Below, in pieces: positions 46,975 through 58,199 of a stretch of DNA of 64,000 nucleotides. Positions within the stretch are counted from its first letter, which is position 1. The number at the start of each line of letters is the position of its first letter. The stretch covers positions 58,855 to 122,854 of the forward strand of contig JAANOX010000156.1 of assembly GCA_020184695.1 (NCBI GenBank), read 5' to 3'. The position numbers and the translations under genes were made by a program. Origin of the DNA: Histomonas meleagridis 2922-C6/04-290x (lineage: Eukaryota > Protista > Parabasalia). The notes beneath the pieces are model-generated. The model was not told the origin of the DNA. It ran no database searches and was given only the letters and a program-made list of their open reading frames with translations.

Positions 46975-49900
46975 ATGGATGAAACAGAAAATAATAAAGA
47001 TCCAAATAATTCAAAACAATTAAACTTGCCCAACGGGAAAGAAGAAGGGACAGTTCGACGTCTTCTTTCTAAAATTAACATTAATCCAATTTCGTCTGAT
47101 ACATTATTAGAATTAAAAGAATTTGTATTCAAATACCCCATTTCAGATTTAGAATTACGAACAAAATCAATCAAGTCTAGGGTTGTAAGTATATTAACAG
47201 AACTTGACATTTCACAAACAGATCCAGAAATTAATCAATATCGAAGTAGTTTATTAGAAATATTAATTATCATTAATTACAGACTCACGCGCGAAGGGAT
47301 TAACAATGATTTTCTTAGAGTTTTCTTTGATTTGATTTCAGAAGGTTCATTAATAGATATGACCAAAGCAATTCTTATTTTAAGAAATTCGTTTGAGAAT
47401 CCAAAAAGCATTGATAAATCCACTCTCCAACGCCTTAGTAGTCTAACAATAGAATCAATTATCAAACGAATTGATTTTTTGAAAATCAATTTCCGATCCA
47501 TTAATCATTTATATCATTTTCCATTTTCGAACATTTTTACGATTATATCGTATTGTAAGAAGACATTTAAAACGCAAAATAACGCAATTGAGGGTCAATT
47601 AGATTCATGTAATGAATCACTTTCAAATGATTTTTTTGATGGAATAAAACATTTTTGGGAATATATTCCAATTCTATCAATTAAATCACGAATAATTCAT
47701 TCATTAATGTTATGCACTGACACGTCGAAACGTAATTTAATTGATTTCTATGTTCAGTTATTTCAAATCTGTCCGAAAACTTATAACACATTGTTTAATG
47801 ATATATTATCATCTTTTTATATATATTTATCTAAAGAAAAAGAAAATTTGGAAGTAGAGAAAATAACTTCAAATATTTCTTTCTTTTTAGAAACATTAAA
47901 TTCATCAATTGAAAAACAAATAATTTTAATTCCGATTAAATTCTTAGAATTTGTTTTTCAAACACAAAAATTTACAGAACAAATTATAAAACAAATGACA
48001 AATTTTTCATGTAATATTCTTTATAAAAAAAATAAAATTACTGTTAATAGAATTCAACAATTTTGTAAATTTAATACGTATTTAATTAAAAGCTTTATAT
48101 ATTCACAAAATTCATTTCAATATTTTTTCGATTTACTTCAAACATTTTCATATATTTTTGATTTCTTATCAAAGAAGTCAAAAGATTTAAAAGTCGAAAC
48201 AAATATAAAATATAAAAATTTGTATTCTTTTTTCGATAAAATAATTTTAATATTTGATACATATTTTAAGATTTTGGATATATTTCATCGATGTAATTGT
48301 TCACTTAAGATTTTACAAACAAAAAATGAAATGAATAATTATCAAAATCCATTTAATGAAATCGAAACCAAAAAAATTCATAAAATTTATATTAAAATGA
48401 TAATAACATATTCACATATAAATCAATTATTTGAATATTTCAAATCGATTTTTACCATAAAAACTAAACAAATTCCAAATGATTATATTCATATATTAAA
48501 AATATATCATTATCAAATAAAAATAAAGAAACAAATCGAACGAATTTTCATGTATAATCAAAAAATTCATAGTTTTATCATTGATTTATTTAATGAAATT
48601 AATCCATTTTTATTAGTTAATATTTGGGAACAATTATTTCATTATATTTTGAAGACAAAAGAAAAAGAAATTTTCGAATTTACAATTTTTTCAGATATAT
48701 TAACTAATTTACCATTAATATCAACATTTTTTAGTAATTATTTTTGTTTTTTTCATGAAAATTTATATTCAACAAAACATATTCATAAATTATTAGAGTT
48801 TGGTATAATTTTATTTGAAAGAATACTTCAAAAGAATGAAACGAATAATAAATTATTACCTGAAATTATTATCAAACAAATAATAAAAGAAATACAAAAA
48901 TTTTTTAATATTATTAATCAATTTCTTACTGTTTTTATTGATATTCCATCATTAATAATATTTTTGACTAATTTGGTTAAATATATTGTAATAATATTAA
49001 AAAGAGAAATAATACTTCAAACAATAATTACATATGAATTTATTGAAAATCTTTTTTTAGTTTGTTATAATTGGCCAACTTGTTATAAATATTTAATAAA
49101 TTTTATTTCATTTATATGTAAATATTTAACAAATAAAAAATTTATTTCTGTTTTAGTTTCAATGTCATATTTCGAACCAAAAAAGTCACTTAAGTTAATA
49201 TACTTAATATTAAAGAATAATCCAACACTTAAACTAAAAAAAGAAATAAAAACTATTTCCGAAGTTTCATTAAATTCGATTAATTTTATGAATGATAAAG
49301 AAAATAATGAAATTTTTCTTAAATTTCTTCGAAAGAATCCAATCAAAACTTATAATAAATTTCCTAAATATAAACCAATTTTTATCTTTAAATCAAAAGA
49401 TGGAATTAATCAAATTGAAATTGATTCACAAGATTTTATGAATGCAATAAATAAAGTGATTAATGATTCGGATGAATCTTTAATTAATTTGATTATTACT
49501 TGTTTAAAATCAATCATTGATCCAATGAATTCATTAAATATTTTCTTTGATAACAATTTTATTAATCCAAAAATATATTTTCAATTAGTTTTAGCTGATA
49601 TTTTAAATAATTGTACGAATATAAATAAAATTTCTAATTTATTAATAAAACTTCAATATGAAATTGGAAATAATTTATTAACAAATGCATTGTTCTTCGT
49701 TTCAATTCTTCCTTTTAAAGAAATACTTCCAAATTCATTGTTTAATATTTATTATATATCTTCAAAAGAGGATTTTATACTTTTTTTTGATTCTTGTATA
49801 ACTAATATCGAATTGAATAAAACTTGTCAATTCTTAAAAGGAATTTTACTTGTTCAACATTGTGTTAATGAATTAGATTTTGATTATTTAGTATTATTAA

Positions 49901-52900
49901 ACATAACTCAATTTTTAATAAGAATTTTATCTGAATTTCAAATTAAAGAAGAAAATGAAAATTTATATTCATTTGTTTTTGATGAAATATATTATTATCC
50001 AAATTTTTATCAAAAATTAATATTTGATGTTAAACATTTAATTAAAGAAACTAATGAAAATTTACAAGAATTATTAAATAGTTTTTTATTTAATTCAAAT
50101 AAAATGACACAAATTTTAATTGCGGAATTTATATCAAGTTCAAATATTTCTATTAAAGTTATTGATGAATTTATTAATAAAATATTTAATAATGAAACAA
50201 TTAATGATTTTATGAAACTTCAAATGATATCAATTATATTACAATGTTATCCAGAATTAACATTAAATATTATTAATAAAATTGATAAAATTTTAAATCA
50301 TTATAAATCAAAATCTAAGAAATTTGATGATAATGAAAAACAAATATTAATATCAATTATATATAATATATCATCATCTGAATTAGTAGAAATCAACAAA
50401 TATTTTACATTTATTGAACGTATTATTGATAAATTTTATGAAACTAAAATATCATCAAAAGTTATACCATATTTACGTGATTTATTATCGAATAATAAAT
50501 ATCAACAAATATTAAAAACTTTATATTATAAATTAAATAAAGATGGAATTGATGATATTAATAATAATCAACAAATAAATTTAGCAAATTGGATCGAAAT
50601 TGTTAAATATTGGAAAGTTATATTTTCAACAATTCCTTATAAATTTGTACAATTTACGAATAAACAATTTTCACTTTTTTGTAAAGGAAAAATAGAAATT
50701 AAACAAAAAAAGATACTTAAATATATTAAATCTTTTTGTATAATAACATCGAATATTAATTATGTTCAATATTGTCTTGAAAATGATTTTTTTAATTCGA
50801 TCATTGAATCATATTTTTTAATGTTCGAAAGTTTTAATTCTTTAATACCAGAAAAATATTATAATTATTTGATTAAGTTATTAGAAAATTGTGATTGTGA
50901 AGTTATAAAATATATAAAAAATTTTATTACAAATGAAAAACAGTTTTCAATAATATATTTTGCGTTAAAACAAAAACAATCAGAAAAACTTTTAAAAATC
51001 ATTTTTTCTAATAAAGAATTCATTACTGAAATTTATAATAATGAGAATAATGATAAATTGAAAATAATATTTTTTCTTTTAATTAAATATTTAACTAATT
51101 TAGATTCAGATATCATTAAATTATTTATTAATATAATAAAAATTTCTTTTGATTGTCAATTTCAATTTTATTATGAAAAATTCATTAAAATTATTATGAA
51201 AAGATTTAATTTGTTTTATGAATACATATATGAAATAATTTTAATTGGTATTAATTCGGAAGATATAATTAAAATTAAATCTTTAAAACCTTTAATAAAG
51301 AAATTCATAAAATATCCAAACACACAAATTACAGAAGTTTTAAATCAAAATTTTACAAGCAAAACAAAATTAATAAAATATTTTGAATATTTTTTAATTC
51401 CTTATATAAAACGTCATCAAGAATATCTTCAATTAGTAATCGAATATTATCAATATGATATATCGAATTATATCCAATTAATATATTTATTTACATTAAA
51501 TATTAATGAATATGAAATTACTTCATTAGAAATTTCTTCATTATATAATCAATTAGATGATGATTTAGATAAAGATTTAACTTTATTCATTTGGTCGAAA
51601 TCAATACAAAATGGGAATTTCGATGAAATGTTTATAAATTTAATGGATAATATTAATGTTCATATATCAATACATATACAAAACATTTTTAACAATTTTA
51701 AAATTCCTTTAGGTGTAAACATTGAACTTATAGCAGAAAAACTTGAAAATAAAATTAATGAATATATTAATCAGCCAACAATTATCATATTTTTATGGAA
51801 ATTTCTTAGGAATAATATGTTAAGTTTTAAAAACTTTATGAAACGATTTTGGTCATTAATTATAACACAAATTACATATTTAAAGTTTTATATAAAGAAA
51901 AATAAATTTCAACAAGTTGTTGATATTATTGAAATATTTACATATATTTTCACTAATAATAAATTACCAAATAATCAAGATCATATAATTCCTTATTTTT
52001 CGGATTTAATAATTTATTCGATACAAATATTCGATGAAAATTTTGAATCACAAAAATATTATTTATTAATTAAATCACTTATAAAATTAACTTTAACTTT
52101 TGAATCACAATTAAATACAACGAAAAAATTTTTTGATCTTTTTATCGAATATTATGAAAAAATTGACAGAATTCATCAAAACTTATCAAAAACTAAAGGA
52201 AAATCACAAAAAATATTAAATCAAATTAAATCATATCAATGTTTATTTGAAAGTTTTATCCATTTCATACCAAAAATGATAAAATATTCAATAACATTAC
52301 CAAAGACATTTAAATATCAACAAATATATAATATATTAATACAAATTGCACATAAAACTAAAACATATTCACATCCAATCGCATTAATATGTTTATATTA
52401 TTTAGGAAAATCGAATCATTGCCTTAAAAAAATCAAATTATTACATGAAAATGCTAAAAAAGGTGAATTTGAATTAATATTTTTTCCATTTTTTTGGAAT
52501 ATTTCAATATTTTCTGATTTAAAAAATAAATTTTTAATTTCATATATTATACAAAAAACAAATAATGAAATTAATGATCAAATATATCAATTTATATTAA
52601 ATTCTTGTTATCAAATAATTTTTCTTAATCCAACAAATCAAATTATACAAAAACTTTTTTTTGAAATTGATATATCAAAAAATTCGAATTATTGTAAAAC
52701 TTTATTATATAATACATTTATATCAAATCCACAAAAAACTTCAATTTTGTTCACATATTTAAATAAGATATTAATAAATCCAAAGTTTTCCGAATTTATA
52801 CCAATTAATATAAATGAAAAAACATTAAATTTTTCATTACCAAATATCACAAAACTGATTTTTTGCAATAAGAAAAAGTCTTCACCATATTTAACTGATT

Positions 52901-54828
52901 TTATCCAAGTAAACATTGAAACATTAATCAATGAAACTAAACTAATTAATGGAAATTGTATTCCTTTATCGATATATTTTCATCAATTTTTACCTGATGA
53001 AATAACATATGAAAAAGTTTTATTAATTGTCAAAAATCTTCGAAACATTTCATATTATATAAATGAACTTGAAACAAAATTTGAAGTAATAAATGAAACG
53101 CAAATTAATGATTTATATTCAGGAGAAATATATTTTACGAAAAAACAATTTTTACATCCATTCGAATTATATTTACATCATGGAATGACTTATCATTCAT
53201 TAATATCAGCAAAAGAAAAAATAAGTTTAATATGTAAAAATGATTTAATGAAGTTACAAAGATATGAAAATTTATTTCCACATTTTGATCAAGAATTTAT
53301 TTGTTCTAATAATATAACAAATTATGAACAAACAATAAAAAATGCAATAAATTATTTACCATCAAAACAATTAATACCTTTTACGGAAAGTTTTGCATAT
53401 TATTTTTTAGTAATGAAATATATAAAAGTTATTAAATCATTAAACAAAAATAAAAATATTACATTTGATACACAACTTTCACATTTTTATTCGCCTGAAA
53501 CACATAAATCATATTTAGAATTACGTAATTCATGTTATACATTATTTAAAATTAAGCCGAAATCTGAACTTGAAACAATTCATATGAAAAATTATATGAA
53601 ATCATTACATCAAAACTTCATCGAAAATAGACCACAATTATCATCTGCTGATGAATTACTTTCTAAAGACAATGACGTAATTAATTATACCCAAATTGTT
53701 CTTTGCTTTTATAAGGAAATTAATAATAAAAATTGGAGAAATATATTCGAAAATATCGTAATTAAAGCTTTAAGGAAATGTCCGAATAATAATTTGTTCA
53801 TTTGTTTGTTATATTCGCTCCTAAAAAATAAAAGTTTTGATTTTAATGATTGCTTAGGAAAAATTCCTTTTAATTGGACTTTTATTTTCATGAAATTAAA
53901 TAATAAAAATATAAATTGTTTGTTACCAAAAACATTTTATATTTCAAATGAATTTTCTTCTTTATTGAATTCGTTAAAAAATAAATTATTAACAAATAAT
54001 AATTCAAAGAATTTTTGTGGTAATGTAAATATTAAAAATTCGTTGGCTCCTCTCTTGAAATATAATGAAAATATTTTATACATTTTACCTTTCGCTAAAA
54101 TTATTTCGAATTCAAAAATTTCTTTTTCAGTGATAACAAATAACGGTAGAAAAGTGACATACGTGTTAACCACTGAAAAAGTTTCGAAATTAACTTTTTC
54201 ATCGCTCGAATATTGCTTGGATTCTCTATTAAAAAATTTCGTGGATACGCATAGAAGAAATCAAAGAATTGGAGTCATCCATTCAATAGAGATAGAAAAA
54301 GGTTTATGGTTGACACAGACAGACTTTAAACCTTTTGGTAAAATTAATATTCAACATAACTCAAAAAAAATAGCAATTAATTGGAATACAATGTTAGCAT
54401 ATAGATATGCTTCACTATGCACACTTCAAATCATGCTAAATGGTCAACCTTTCAATAAGAAATCTTTGATGTTCGAAAAGAAATCGGTCATTTTCTCAAT
54501 TTCAAACATCAAAAGAGAAAGGCAAAAGAAAGCAAACCTTTATTTAGCAGACAAAATCAGCGATAACATGGGCAAAGTTCTCCTTTTTGGACCATTTTGT
54601 TCAGGGATAATTTCATCGTCACTTTGTTTTAGTTACCAAAAGGAAAAAGTTGATTTTTACCTTAAAATGTTACTTAAATATAGCGAAAATGAGATAGAAG
54701 AAACTAATTCAACAATTACAAATTTCTCGATATCTGACAACCCAGTAGAAAAAGTATACGAACAAGTTGCTGAACTGATAAAGAATAGTACTACGGGAAA
54801 AGAAACTGATTTTACATCATTTTTTTAA
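46975..54828 (+). CDS. TRRAP/Tra1-like PIKK-family pseudokinase
   Basis: About 2617 aa from first ATG; long HEAT-like body. C-terminal LLKNFVDTHRRNQRI, GPFCSGIISSSLCF...VDFYLKMLL and a FATC-like end (VAELIKNST...FTSFF). No DRH/DFG catalytic motifs. Confidence 0.65.
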   Translation: MDETENNKDPNNSKQLNLPNGKEEGTVRRLLSKININPISSDTLLELKEFVFKYPISDLELRTKSIKSRVVSILTELDISQTDPEINQYRSSLLEILIIINYRLTREGINNDFLRVFFDLISEGSLIDMTKAILILRNSFENPKSIDKSTLQRLSSLTIESIIKRIDFLKINFRSINHLYHFPFSNIFTIISYCKKTFKTQNNAIEGQLDSCNESLSNDFFDGIKHFWEYIPILSIKSRIIHSLMLCTDTSKRNLIDFYVQLFQICPKTYNTLFNDILSSFYIYLSKEKENLEVEKITSNISFFLETLNSSIEKQIILIPIKFLEFVFQTQKFTEQIIKQMTNFSCNILYKKNKITVNRIQQFCKFNTYLIKSFIYSQNSFQYFFDLLQTFSYIFDFLSKKSKDLKVETNIKYKNLYSFFDKIILIFDTYFKILDIFHRCNCSLKILQTKNEMNNYQNPFNEIETKKIHKIYIKMIITYSHINQLFEYFKSIFTIKTKQIPNDYIHILKIYHYQIKIKKQIERIFMYNQKIHSFIIDLFNEINPFLLVNIWEQLFHYILKTKEKEIFEFTIFSDILTNLPLISTFFSNYFCFFHENLYSTKHIHKLLEFGIILFERILQKNETNNKLLPEIIIKQIIKEIQKFFNIINQFLTVFIDIPSLIIFLTNLVKYIVIILKREIILQTIITYEFIENLFLVCYNWPTCYKYLINFISFICKYLTNKKFISVLVSMSYFEPKKSLKLIYLILKNNPTLKLKKEIKTISEVSLNSINFMNDKENNEIFLKFLRKNPIKTYNKFPKYKPIFIFKSKDGINQIEIDSQDFMNAINKVINDSDESLINLIITCLKSIIDPMNSLNIFFDNNFINPKIYFQLVLADILNNCTNINKISNLLIKLQYEIGNNLLTNALFFVSILPFKEILPNSLFNIYYISSKEDFILFFDSCITNIELNKTCQFLKGILLVQHCVNELDFDYLVLLNITQFLIRILSEFQIKEENENLYSFVFDEIYYYPNFYQKLIFDVKHLIKETNENLQELLNSFLFNSNKMTQILIAEFISSSNISIKVIDEFINKIFNNETINDFMKLQMISIILQCYPELTLNIINKIDKILNHYKSKSKKFDDNEKQILISIIYNISSSELVEINKYFTFIERIIDKFYETKISSKVIPYLRDLLSNNKYQQILKTLYYKLNKDGIDDINNNQQINLANWIEIVKYWKVIFSTIPYKFVQFTNKQFSLFCKGKIEIKQKKILKYIKSFCIITSNINYVQYCLENDFFNSIIESYFLMFESFNSLIPEKYYNYLIKLLENCDCEVIKYIKNFITNEKQFSIIYFALKQKQSEKLLKIIFSNKEFITEIYNNENNDKLKIIFFLLIKYLTNLDSDIIKLFINIIKISFDCQFQFYYEKFIKIIMKRFNLFYEYIYEIILIGINSEDIIKIKSLKPLIKKFIKYPNTQITEVLNQNFTSKTKLIKYFEYFLIPYIKRHQEYLQLVIEYYQYDISNYIQLIYLFTLNINEYEITSLEISSLYNQLDDDLDKDLTLFIWSKSIQNGNFDEMFINLMDNINVHISIHIQNIFNNFKIPLGVNIELIAEKLENKINEYINQPTIIIFLWKFLRNNMLSFKNFMKRFWSLIITQITYLKFYIKKNKFQQVVDIIEIFTYIFTNNKLPNNQDHIIPYFSDLIIYSIQIFDENFESQKYYLLIKSLIKLTLTFESQLNTTKKFFDLFIEYYEKIDRIHQNLSKTKGKSQKILNQIKSYQCLFESFIHFIPKMIKYSITLPKTFKYQQIYNILIQIAHKTKTYSHPIALICLYYLGKSNHCLKKIKLLHENAKKGEFELIFFPFFWNISIFSDLKNKFLISYIIQKTNNEINDQIYQFILNSCYQIIFLNPTNQIIQKLFFEIDISKNSNYCKTLLYNTFISNPQKTSILFTYLNKILINPKFSEFIPININEKTLNFSLPNITKLIFCNKKKSSPYLTDFIQVNIETLINETKLINGNCIPLSIYFHQFLPDEITYEKVLLIVKNLRNISYYINELETKFEVINETQINDLYSGEIYFTKKQFLHPFELYLHHGMTYHSLISAKEKISLICKNDLMKLQRYENLFPHFDQEFICSNNITNYEQTIKNAINYLPSKQLIPFTESFAYYFLVMKYIKVIKSLNKNKNITFDTQLSHFYSPETHKSYLELRNSCYTLFKIKPKSELETIHMKNYMKSLHQNFIENRPQLSSADELLSKDNDVINYTQIVLCFYKEINNKNWRNIFENIVIKALRKCPNNNLFICLLYSLLKNKSFDFNDCLGKIPFNWTFIFMKLNNKNINCLLPKTFYISNEFSSLLNSLKNKLLTNNNSKNFCGNVNIKNSLAPLLKYNENILYILPFAKIISNSKISFSVITNNGRKVTYVLTTEKVSKLTFSSLEYCLDSLLKNFVDTHRRNQRIGVIHSIEIEKGLWLTQTDFKPFGKINIQHNSKKIAINWNTMLAYRYASLCTLQIMLNGQPFNKKSLMFEKKSVIFSISNIKRERQKKANLYLADKISDNMGKVLLFGPFCSGIISSSLCFSYQKEKVDFYLKMLLKYSENEIEETNSTITNFSISDNPVEKVYEQVAELIKNSTTGKETDFTSFF

Positions 54829-54949
54829 TTTTTTTTTTTTGTAAACAAATTTGTTAATATCAATTTTTTTAATATTTTCGTTAATATTAAAATTTGTAAA
54901 ATAGTTTTTTTATATATTAAAAACTAAATAAATATTAATTATACATTAA

Positions 54950-55849
54950 ATGGTTAATAACATAGGACAACTTAGAAGAATGGTTGATATGCCATTAAAT
55001 GATTTATCAGATTCAAGGAATGAAAAAGAAGTAAGTGATTCCATTTCATATTTTTTGGAAAAATATAATCAAACACAATCAAAAATTACAAATATAAATT
55101 ATACACTTGATTCTATTTTAAAATTAGATGAAGAATTAGGAGGATGTTATGATCAAACACGTGCAGGGGACATTCGAACAGAAATAAATAATAATTTATC
55201 AATGATTGCAGCTACAGCAAACACTATAAAAATTGATCTTGAAAGTATGCAACTTGAAGTCGAAACAAAAAATAAAGAAGATCCAAATTCACCTGAAGTT
55301 AGAATACAAAAAAATCATTTATACTTATTAACAAATAATTTCTCTGATACAATACAACATTTTTCAAGTGTTCAAACAGAAATTAAAAATAAATTTGTTA
55401 GACAACTAATTAGACATTATAATATTGCTGGAATTCCATTAGATGAAGAGAATGCAAATGATTTACTTAATAAAACAGATTCACCCGAAATGCTTCAATC
55501 AAATATTTTTGTGTTAGCAGGAGGAACACAATCTCAGGAAGTTGCTAACGTTTATAATAAAATTGCTTCTAGACATAAAGATATTTTAGAAATTGAATCA
55601 CGTTTAAATGATTTGCTTGAGTTATTTGTTCAGTTTTCCATTATAATAAATGATCAAGGTAAACAAGTTAATAACATATCAAAGAATATTCAATATGCAA
55701 CAGATTATGTTCAAAAAGGTTCAAATGAAATTGAGAAAGCTAATGAAGCTCATAAAGGATCTGCAAAATGTCATATAATTATTTTTGTTGCATCATTTTT
55801 GGTTTTAGTTATTGTAATAATTATTGCTATTTTTATAACTAAAAGATAA
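54950..55849 (+). CDS. Syntaxin (Qa-SNARE)
   Basis: Habc region, SNARE helix (RHKDILEIESRLNDLLELFVQFSIIINDQGKQVNNI), C-terminal TM. Confidence 0.92.
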   Translation: MVNNIGQLRRMVDMPLNDLSDSRNEKEVSDSISYFLEKYNQTQSKITNINYTLDSILKLDEELGGCYDQTRAGDIRTEINNNLSMIAATANTIKIDLESMQLEVETKNKEDPNSPEVRIQKNHLYLLTNNFSDTIQHFSSVQTEIKNKFVRQLIRHYNIAGIPLDEENANDLLNKTDSPEMLQSNIFVLAGGTQSQEVANVYNKIASRHKDILEIESRLNDLLELFVQFSIIINDQGKQVNNISKNIQYATDYVQKGSNEIEKANEAHKGSAKCHIIIFVASFLVLVIVIIIAIFITKR

Positions 55850-56191
55850 TTTAAGTAAAAATGAATCATTTGAATAATAAAATAAATAAATTTTAGTTAA
55901 ACTTTTCATTTTTTTATATAAAATCCAAAATTATAAAAAAAAATTTTAAATAAAAGAAATAAATATTTATAGCATTAACATTACTTTCTTTTTTCCAATA
56001 ATGAATTTAAAAGTTTTTAAATAAAAACAGATTTAAATGCAAACATAAGCGCTGTTCAAAATATTTTAAGTAATTTCCAAGCATTATTTTCCTTATTTAA
56101 AGATAAATTTTATATATGTTATTAATAACGAATTTTTTTCATGTTTCTCATATTAATGGTATATTATATATATTGTAAATAGAAACAGCAA

Positions 56192-56264
56192 GGTCTCGTA
56201 GCTCAGTCGGTAGAGCGTTGTGCTGATAACGCAAAGGTCTAGGGTTCAAGTCCCTGCGGGACCA
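56192..56264 (+). tRNA. tRNA-Ile, anticodon GAT
   Basis: Cloverleaf: acceptor GGTCTCG/CGGGACC, D-stem GCTC/GAGC, anticodon stem TTGTG/CGCAA with loop CTGATAA (GAT at 56225-56227), T-arm TAGGG-TTCAAGT-CCCTG, discriminator A. Confidence 0.93.
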
Positions 56265-56272
56265 TTTTTTTT
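56265..56272 (+). terminator. RNA polymerase III oligo-T terminator
   Basis: T8 run immediately after the tRNA discriminator base. Confidence 0.8.
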
Positions 56273-56319
56273 CTTTTTATTCAATATCAATACGTTTAGT
56301 TTAGAACAAGAAAAAAAAA

Positions 56320-57834
56320 ATGAAAAGCCAAGTAATTCATCGCGAATTTGCTGCATACGGACTTATGTTACAAAAAGACGCATCTATTCTTTTGTTAGAA
56401 ATTCTGAAATCTTCGTCTAATCCAGAAGAATTACTTCAAACAATCCTTCAAAGAATTCCTAATATCACAACTGATTCTTTAATTAATAAGCAAATCATCG
56501 AAGAAGTCATAAGTTCTATTAAAAAATCTGATACACCAACACATCATATTTTTGGTTTTCAAAATGCCTTTGAAATACCCAAAACGACCTTTGATTCCAC
56601 AGAACGGAGCATTACATTTACAGAAACGCCAAAGTCACTTCTTGGCAAACCCAAAGACAAACTTAATGTATATTTAGAACGATATCAAATTCTTAAAACA
56701 TGTTTATTTCACACACCTCTTTTCCAAGCGTCCACGATTTCATTTGGGCTTGGGAGTAGTAAATCTCTCTCACTCACGAGCATAGCATCACTTATCAGCC
56801 TTGAAGATTCTGCTGTTATTATCCTTGGGTTTATAGATTGCGATGGTGACAACTTAACACTTGAAGATCCGACTGGTATAGTTTCACTAAATATATCCAA
56901 CATTAATCCTGCCAATGGAATTTTCGCTGTTGGGACAATAGCACTTGTTCAAGGAGATTATCACGATAACACTGTTTTTTGTTCACTTATTGGGCATACA
57001 CCAGCAATCGATTATAATACATACACCAACTTGTTTTGGAAGCTTCCAACAGATCCTTTTGGGTGGGATCTTACGAAAGATGCGATTACTGAATTAGATG
57101 AACTTTCACATACAGAACATGCAGAATCACTTGTTTTGGTTTTTTCTGATGTTTGGATTGATGTTCCATCCGTTGTTGATTCATTTAATTATGCATTATC
57201 ACAATATGATCAATCACCACCAAATATTTTGATCATTTGTGGATCATTTGTTTCACGCCCAATTGTTTTTGATCAATATCAAACATTTGTAAGGCAATTT
57301 TCTAAATTTTCTGACGTGATTAAAAATCATCAAACAATTTATGAAAATACACAAATTGTAATTATACCATCACTAAACGATGTTGGCTCTCCTCACGTGT
57401 TTCCAAGGCCTTCTTTGCCTGATACATTCGTTTCAATGCTTCCAAACGCTCATTTCATGTCAAACCCGTGCCGAATCCGCTTTTTGAATCAAACGATAAC
57501 CGTTTACAGGGATGATCTACTAAAAAGGTTCTTAAATTCAGCAATCATCCCTGTACCAGATACAGAATCACATAAAAACATGTTGACAACTATAATTGAC
57601 CAAAGGCATCTTTGTCCTGTGGATTTAGAACATGCACCTATTTCTTGGCCATACGATTATACAATGAGATTGTTCCCACCTCCTGATGTACTTGCTGTGT
57701 GTGACGCAACACCTTCGTGGGTGGAAAAGTACGCTGGTTGTTGCTCTTTTAATCCTGGACAATTTGGAAATGATGGAAGTTTTATTCAATATTTCCCTTC
57801 AACAAAGAAAGCAGAAGTTGTAGTATTAAAATAG
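56320..57834 (+). CDS. POLE2: DNA polymerase epsilon subunit B (Dpb2)
   Basis: LEDPTG, GIFAVG, FSDVWID, IIPSLNDVG, FPRPSLP, SNPCRI, IIDQRHL.P, DYTMRLFPPPD, FNPGQF. Confidence 0.9.
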   Translation: MKSQVIHREFAAYGLMLQKDASILLLEILKSSSNPEELLQTILQRIPNITTDSLINKQIIEEVISSIKKSDTPTHHIFGFQNAFEIPKTTFDSTERSITFTETPKSLLGKPKDKLNVYLERYQILKTCLFHTPLFQASTISFGLGSSKSLSLTSIASLISLEDSAVIILGFIDCDGDNLTLEDPTGIVSLNISNINPANGIFAVGTIALVQGDYHDNTVFCSLIGHTPAIDYNTYTNLFWKLPTDPFGWDLTKDAITELDELSHTEHAESLVLVFSDVWIDVPSVVDSFNYALSQYDQSPPNILIICGSFVSRPIVFDQYQTFVRQFSKFSDVIKNHQTIYENTQIVIIPSLNDVGSPHVFPRPSLPDTFVSMLPNAHFMSNPCRIRFLNQTITVYRDDLLKRFLNSAIIPVPDTESHKNMLTTIIDQRHLCPVDLEHAPISWPYDYTMRLFPPPDVLAVCDATPSWVEKYAGCCSFNPGQFGNDGSFIQYFPSTKKAEVVVLK

Positions 57835-57866
57835 ATTTGAAAGAATTTTATTAAAAACAAAATCTA

Positions 57867-58181
57867 TTAGTTTTGTGGGAAATTGGGCGTAGTATTTTGA
57901 ATTTGGTTGAAATAGTCTTCTGTGAAATATGAGGAATATGGAATTTCTTCATCCAGAGCTTTCTTTTGTACACTTCTAGTTAAATTAATATAATTCATGT
58001 ATGATTCATATACTAATTTTTCGCTTTTTGTTTGAGATCGCTGATAATTTCTTTGATTCACAATCATATATGGGTAATGGTTAGGTATTTCTGATGGTGA
58101 GTACATAGGAACTTTAATGGAAATATCATGAAATTCCAATTTTTCCATTTGGAGATTGTCTTTAACGTTCATAACAGCCAT
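57867..58181 (-). CDS. Small protein, possibly RNA polymerase III subunit C31/RPC7-like
   Basis: 104-aa ATG ORF. PMYSP..P, SEKLVYESYMNY and LDEEIPYSSYFTEDY loosely echo C31 blocks; no acidic tail. Confidence 0.4.
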   Translation of the reverse strand: MAVMNVKDNLQMEKLEFHDISIKVPMYSPSEIPNHYPYMIVNQRNYQRSQTKSEKLVYESYMNYINLTRSVQKKALDEEIPYSSYFTEDYFNQIQNTTPNFPQN

Positions 58182-58184
58182 TGG

Positions 58185-58194
58185 AACCGTTTAT
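58185..58194. promoter_or_regulatory. M3-like motif AACCGTTTAT in an 18-bp divergent intergenic gap
   Basis: Occupies most of the gap between ATG 58181 (-) and ATG 58200 (+). Confidence 0.55.
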
Positions 58195-58199
58195 AACTT

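Noticed and set aside
56220-56420. 66-aa ORF starting MLITQRSRVQVPAGP
   Set aside because: It is a translation of the tRNA 3' half and its trailer.
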